DNA of 7,216 nucleotides from a virus (Duplodnaviria; Heunggongvirae; Uroviricota; Caudoviricetes): IMG/VR virus record IMGVR_UViG_2667527953_000015; one strand, 5' to 3'. Shown piece by piece: positions 7,041 to 7,216 of this stretch (position 1 is its first letter; each line of letters starts with the position of its first letter). The notes under the pieces were generated by a model. It saw only the letters and a program-made list of their open reading frames with translations, ran no database searches and was not told where the DNA came from. The position numbers and the translations under genes were made by a program.

Positions 7041-7068
7041 ATTAAAAATGGGGCGTGGAAACGCCCCC
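7041..7068 (-). terminator. Rho-independent terminator for the convergent minus-strand gene downstream of Q
   Basis: 7-bp GC stem GGGGCGT (7050-7056) / ACGCCCC (7061-7067) with a GGAA loop. On the minus-strand transcript the hairpin is followed by AUUUUUAAU (plus 7049-7041). On the plus strand it is followed by A-rich sequence, so it is a poor terminator in the Q direction. Confidence 0.5.
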
Positions 7069-7135
7069 AAAATAAAGGGTAATATATAACAGAAGGTTTA
7101 TATAGTAAGAAGCAAGGTAGGGTGATGCTGCCAAC

Positions 7136-7216
7136 TTACTGATTTAGTGTATGATGGTGTTTTTGAGGTGCTCCAGTGGCTTCTGTTTCTATCAGCTGTC
7201 CCTCCTGTTCAGCTAC
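7136..7216 (-). CDS. 3' end of an unidentified minus-strand ORF running off the window (C-terminus ...VAEQEGQLIETEATGAPQKHHHTLNQ*)
   Basis: On the reverse complement, one frame is open from the window edge to TAA (plus 7138-7136); the other two frames hit stops within a few codons. A minus-strand terminator hairpin lies about 70 nt downstream. Only 26 codons are visible, so the product cannot be identified, and an open frame of this length can occur by chance. Confidence 0.3.
   Translation of the reverse strand, partial: VAEQEGQLIETEATGAPQKHHHTLNQ

Noticed and set aside
7050-7068. Hairpin after Q considered as the plus-strand late-transcript terminator (tR'-like)
   Set aside because: On the plus strand the stem is followed by CAAAATAAAGGG, which is A-rich rather than U-rich. 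The U-run is on the opposite strand, so it is assigned as the terminator of the convergent minus-strand gene.
1-7216. Search for tRNA/rRNA genes, CRISPR repeat-spacer arrays, IS elements with terminal inverted repeats, integrase genes, or toxin-antitoxin pairs
   Set aside because: No regularly spaced direct repeats, no cloverleaf-like conserved tRNA motifs, no transposase- or integrase-like ORFs, and no small paired ORFs with toxin-antitoxin character were seen by manual reading. This was not an algorithmic scan, so short or degenerate elements could be missed.

Overview
The window spans a junction between an accessory adhesin/esterase locus and a DLP12-like lambdoid prophage remnant in an Escherichia-type genome. 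Positions 1-3616 carry a large intimin/invasin-family inverse-autotransporter adhesin gene (beta-barrel followed by Ig-like repeats) whose signal-peptide segment sits in a different reading frame, separated from the main ORF by a frameshift at an A7 tract; it is therefore a probable pseudogene, a sequencing error at a homopolymer, or a slippage switch. A convergent lipoprotein alpha/beta-hydrolase (esterase/lipase-like) gene follows on the minus strand (3653-4696), sharing a hairpin terminator with the adhesin gene. After an AT-rich 350-bp intergenic region with a perfect 9-bp inverted repeat, a block of six plus-strand genes with no intergenic gaps begins (ylcH, ybcN, ninE, ybcO, rusA, ylcG; 5046-6548), followed by the Q-type antiterminator gene (6634-7017). 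Downstream of Q there is no convincing late promoter; instead a minus-strand terminator hairpin and the 3' end of a convergent minus-strand ORF run off the window edge. No tRNA, rRNA, CRISPR array, IS element or integrase was seen. Gene identities are from my recognition of the translated proteins, not from a database search. I did not find an obviously novel multi-gene system; the most noteworthy items are the frameshifted adhesin, the cargo swap upstream of ylcH, and the fully overlapping nin-region gene chain.
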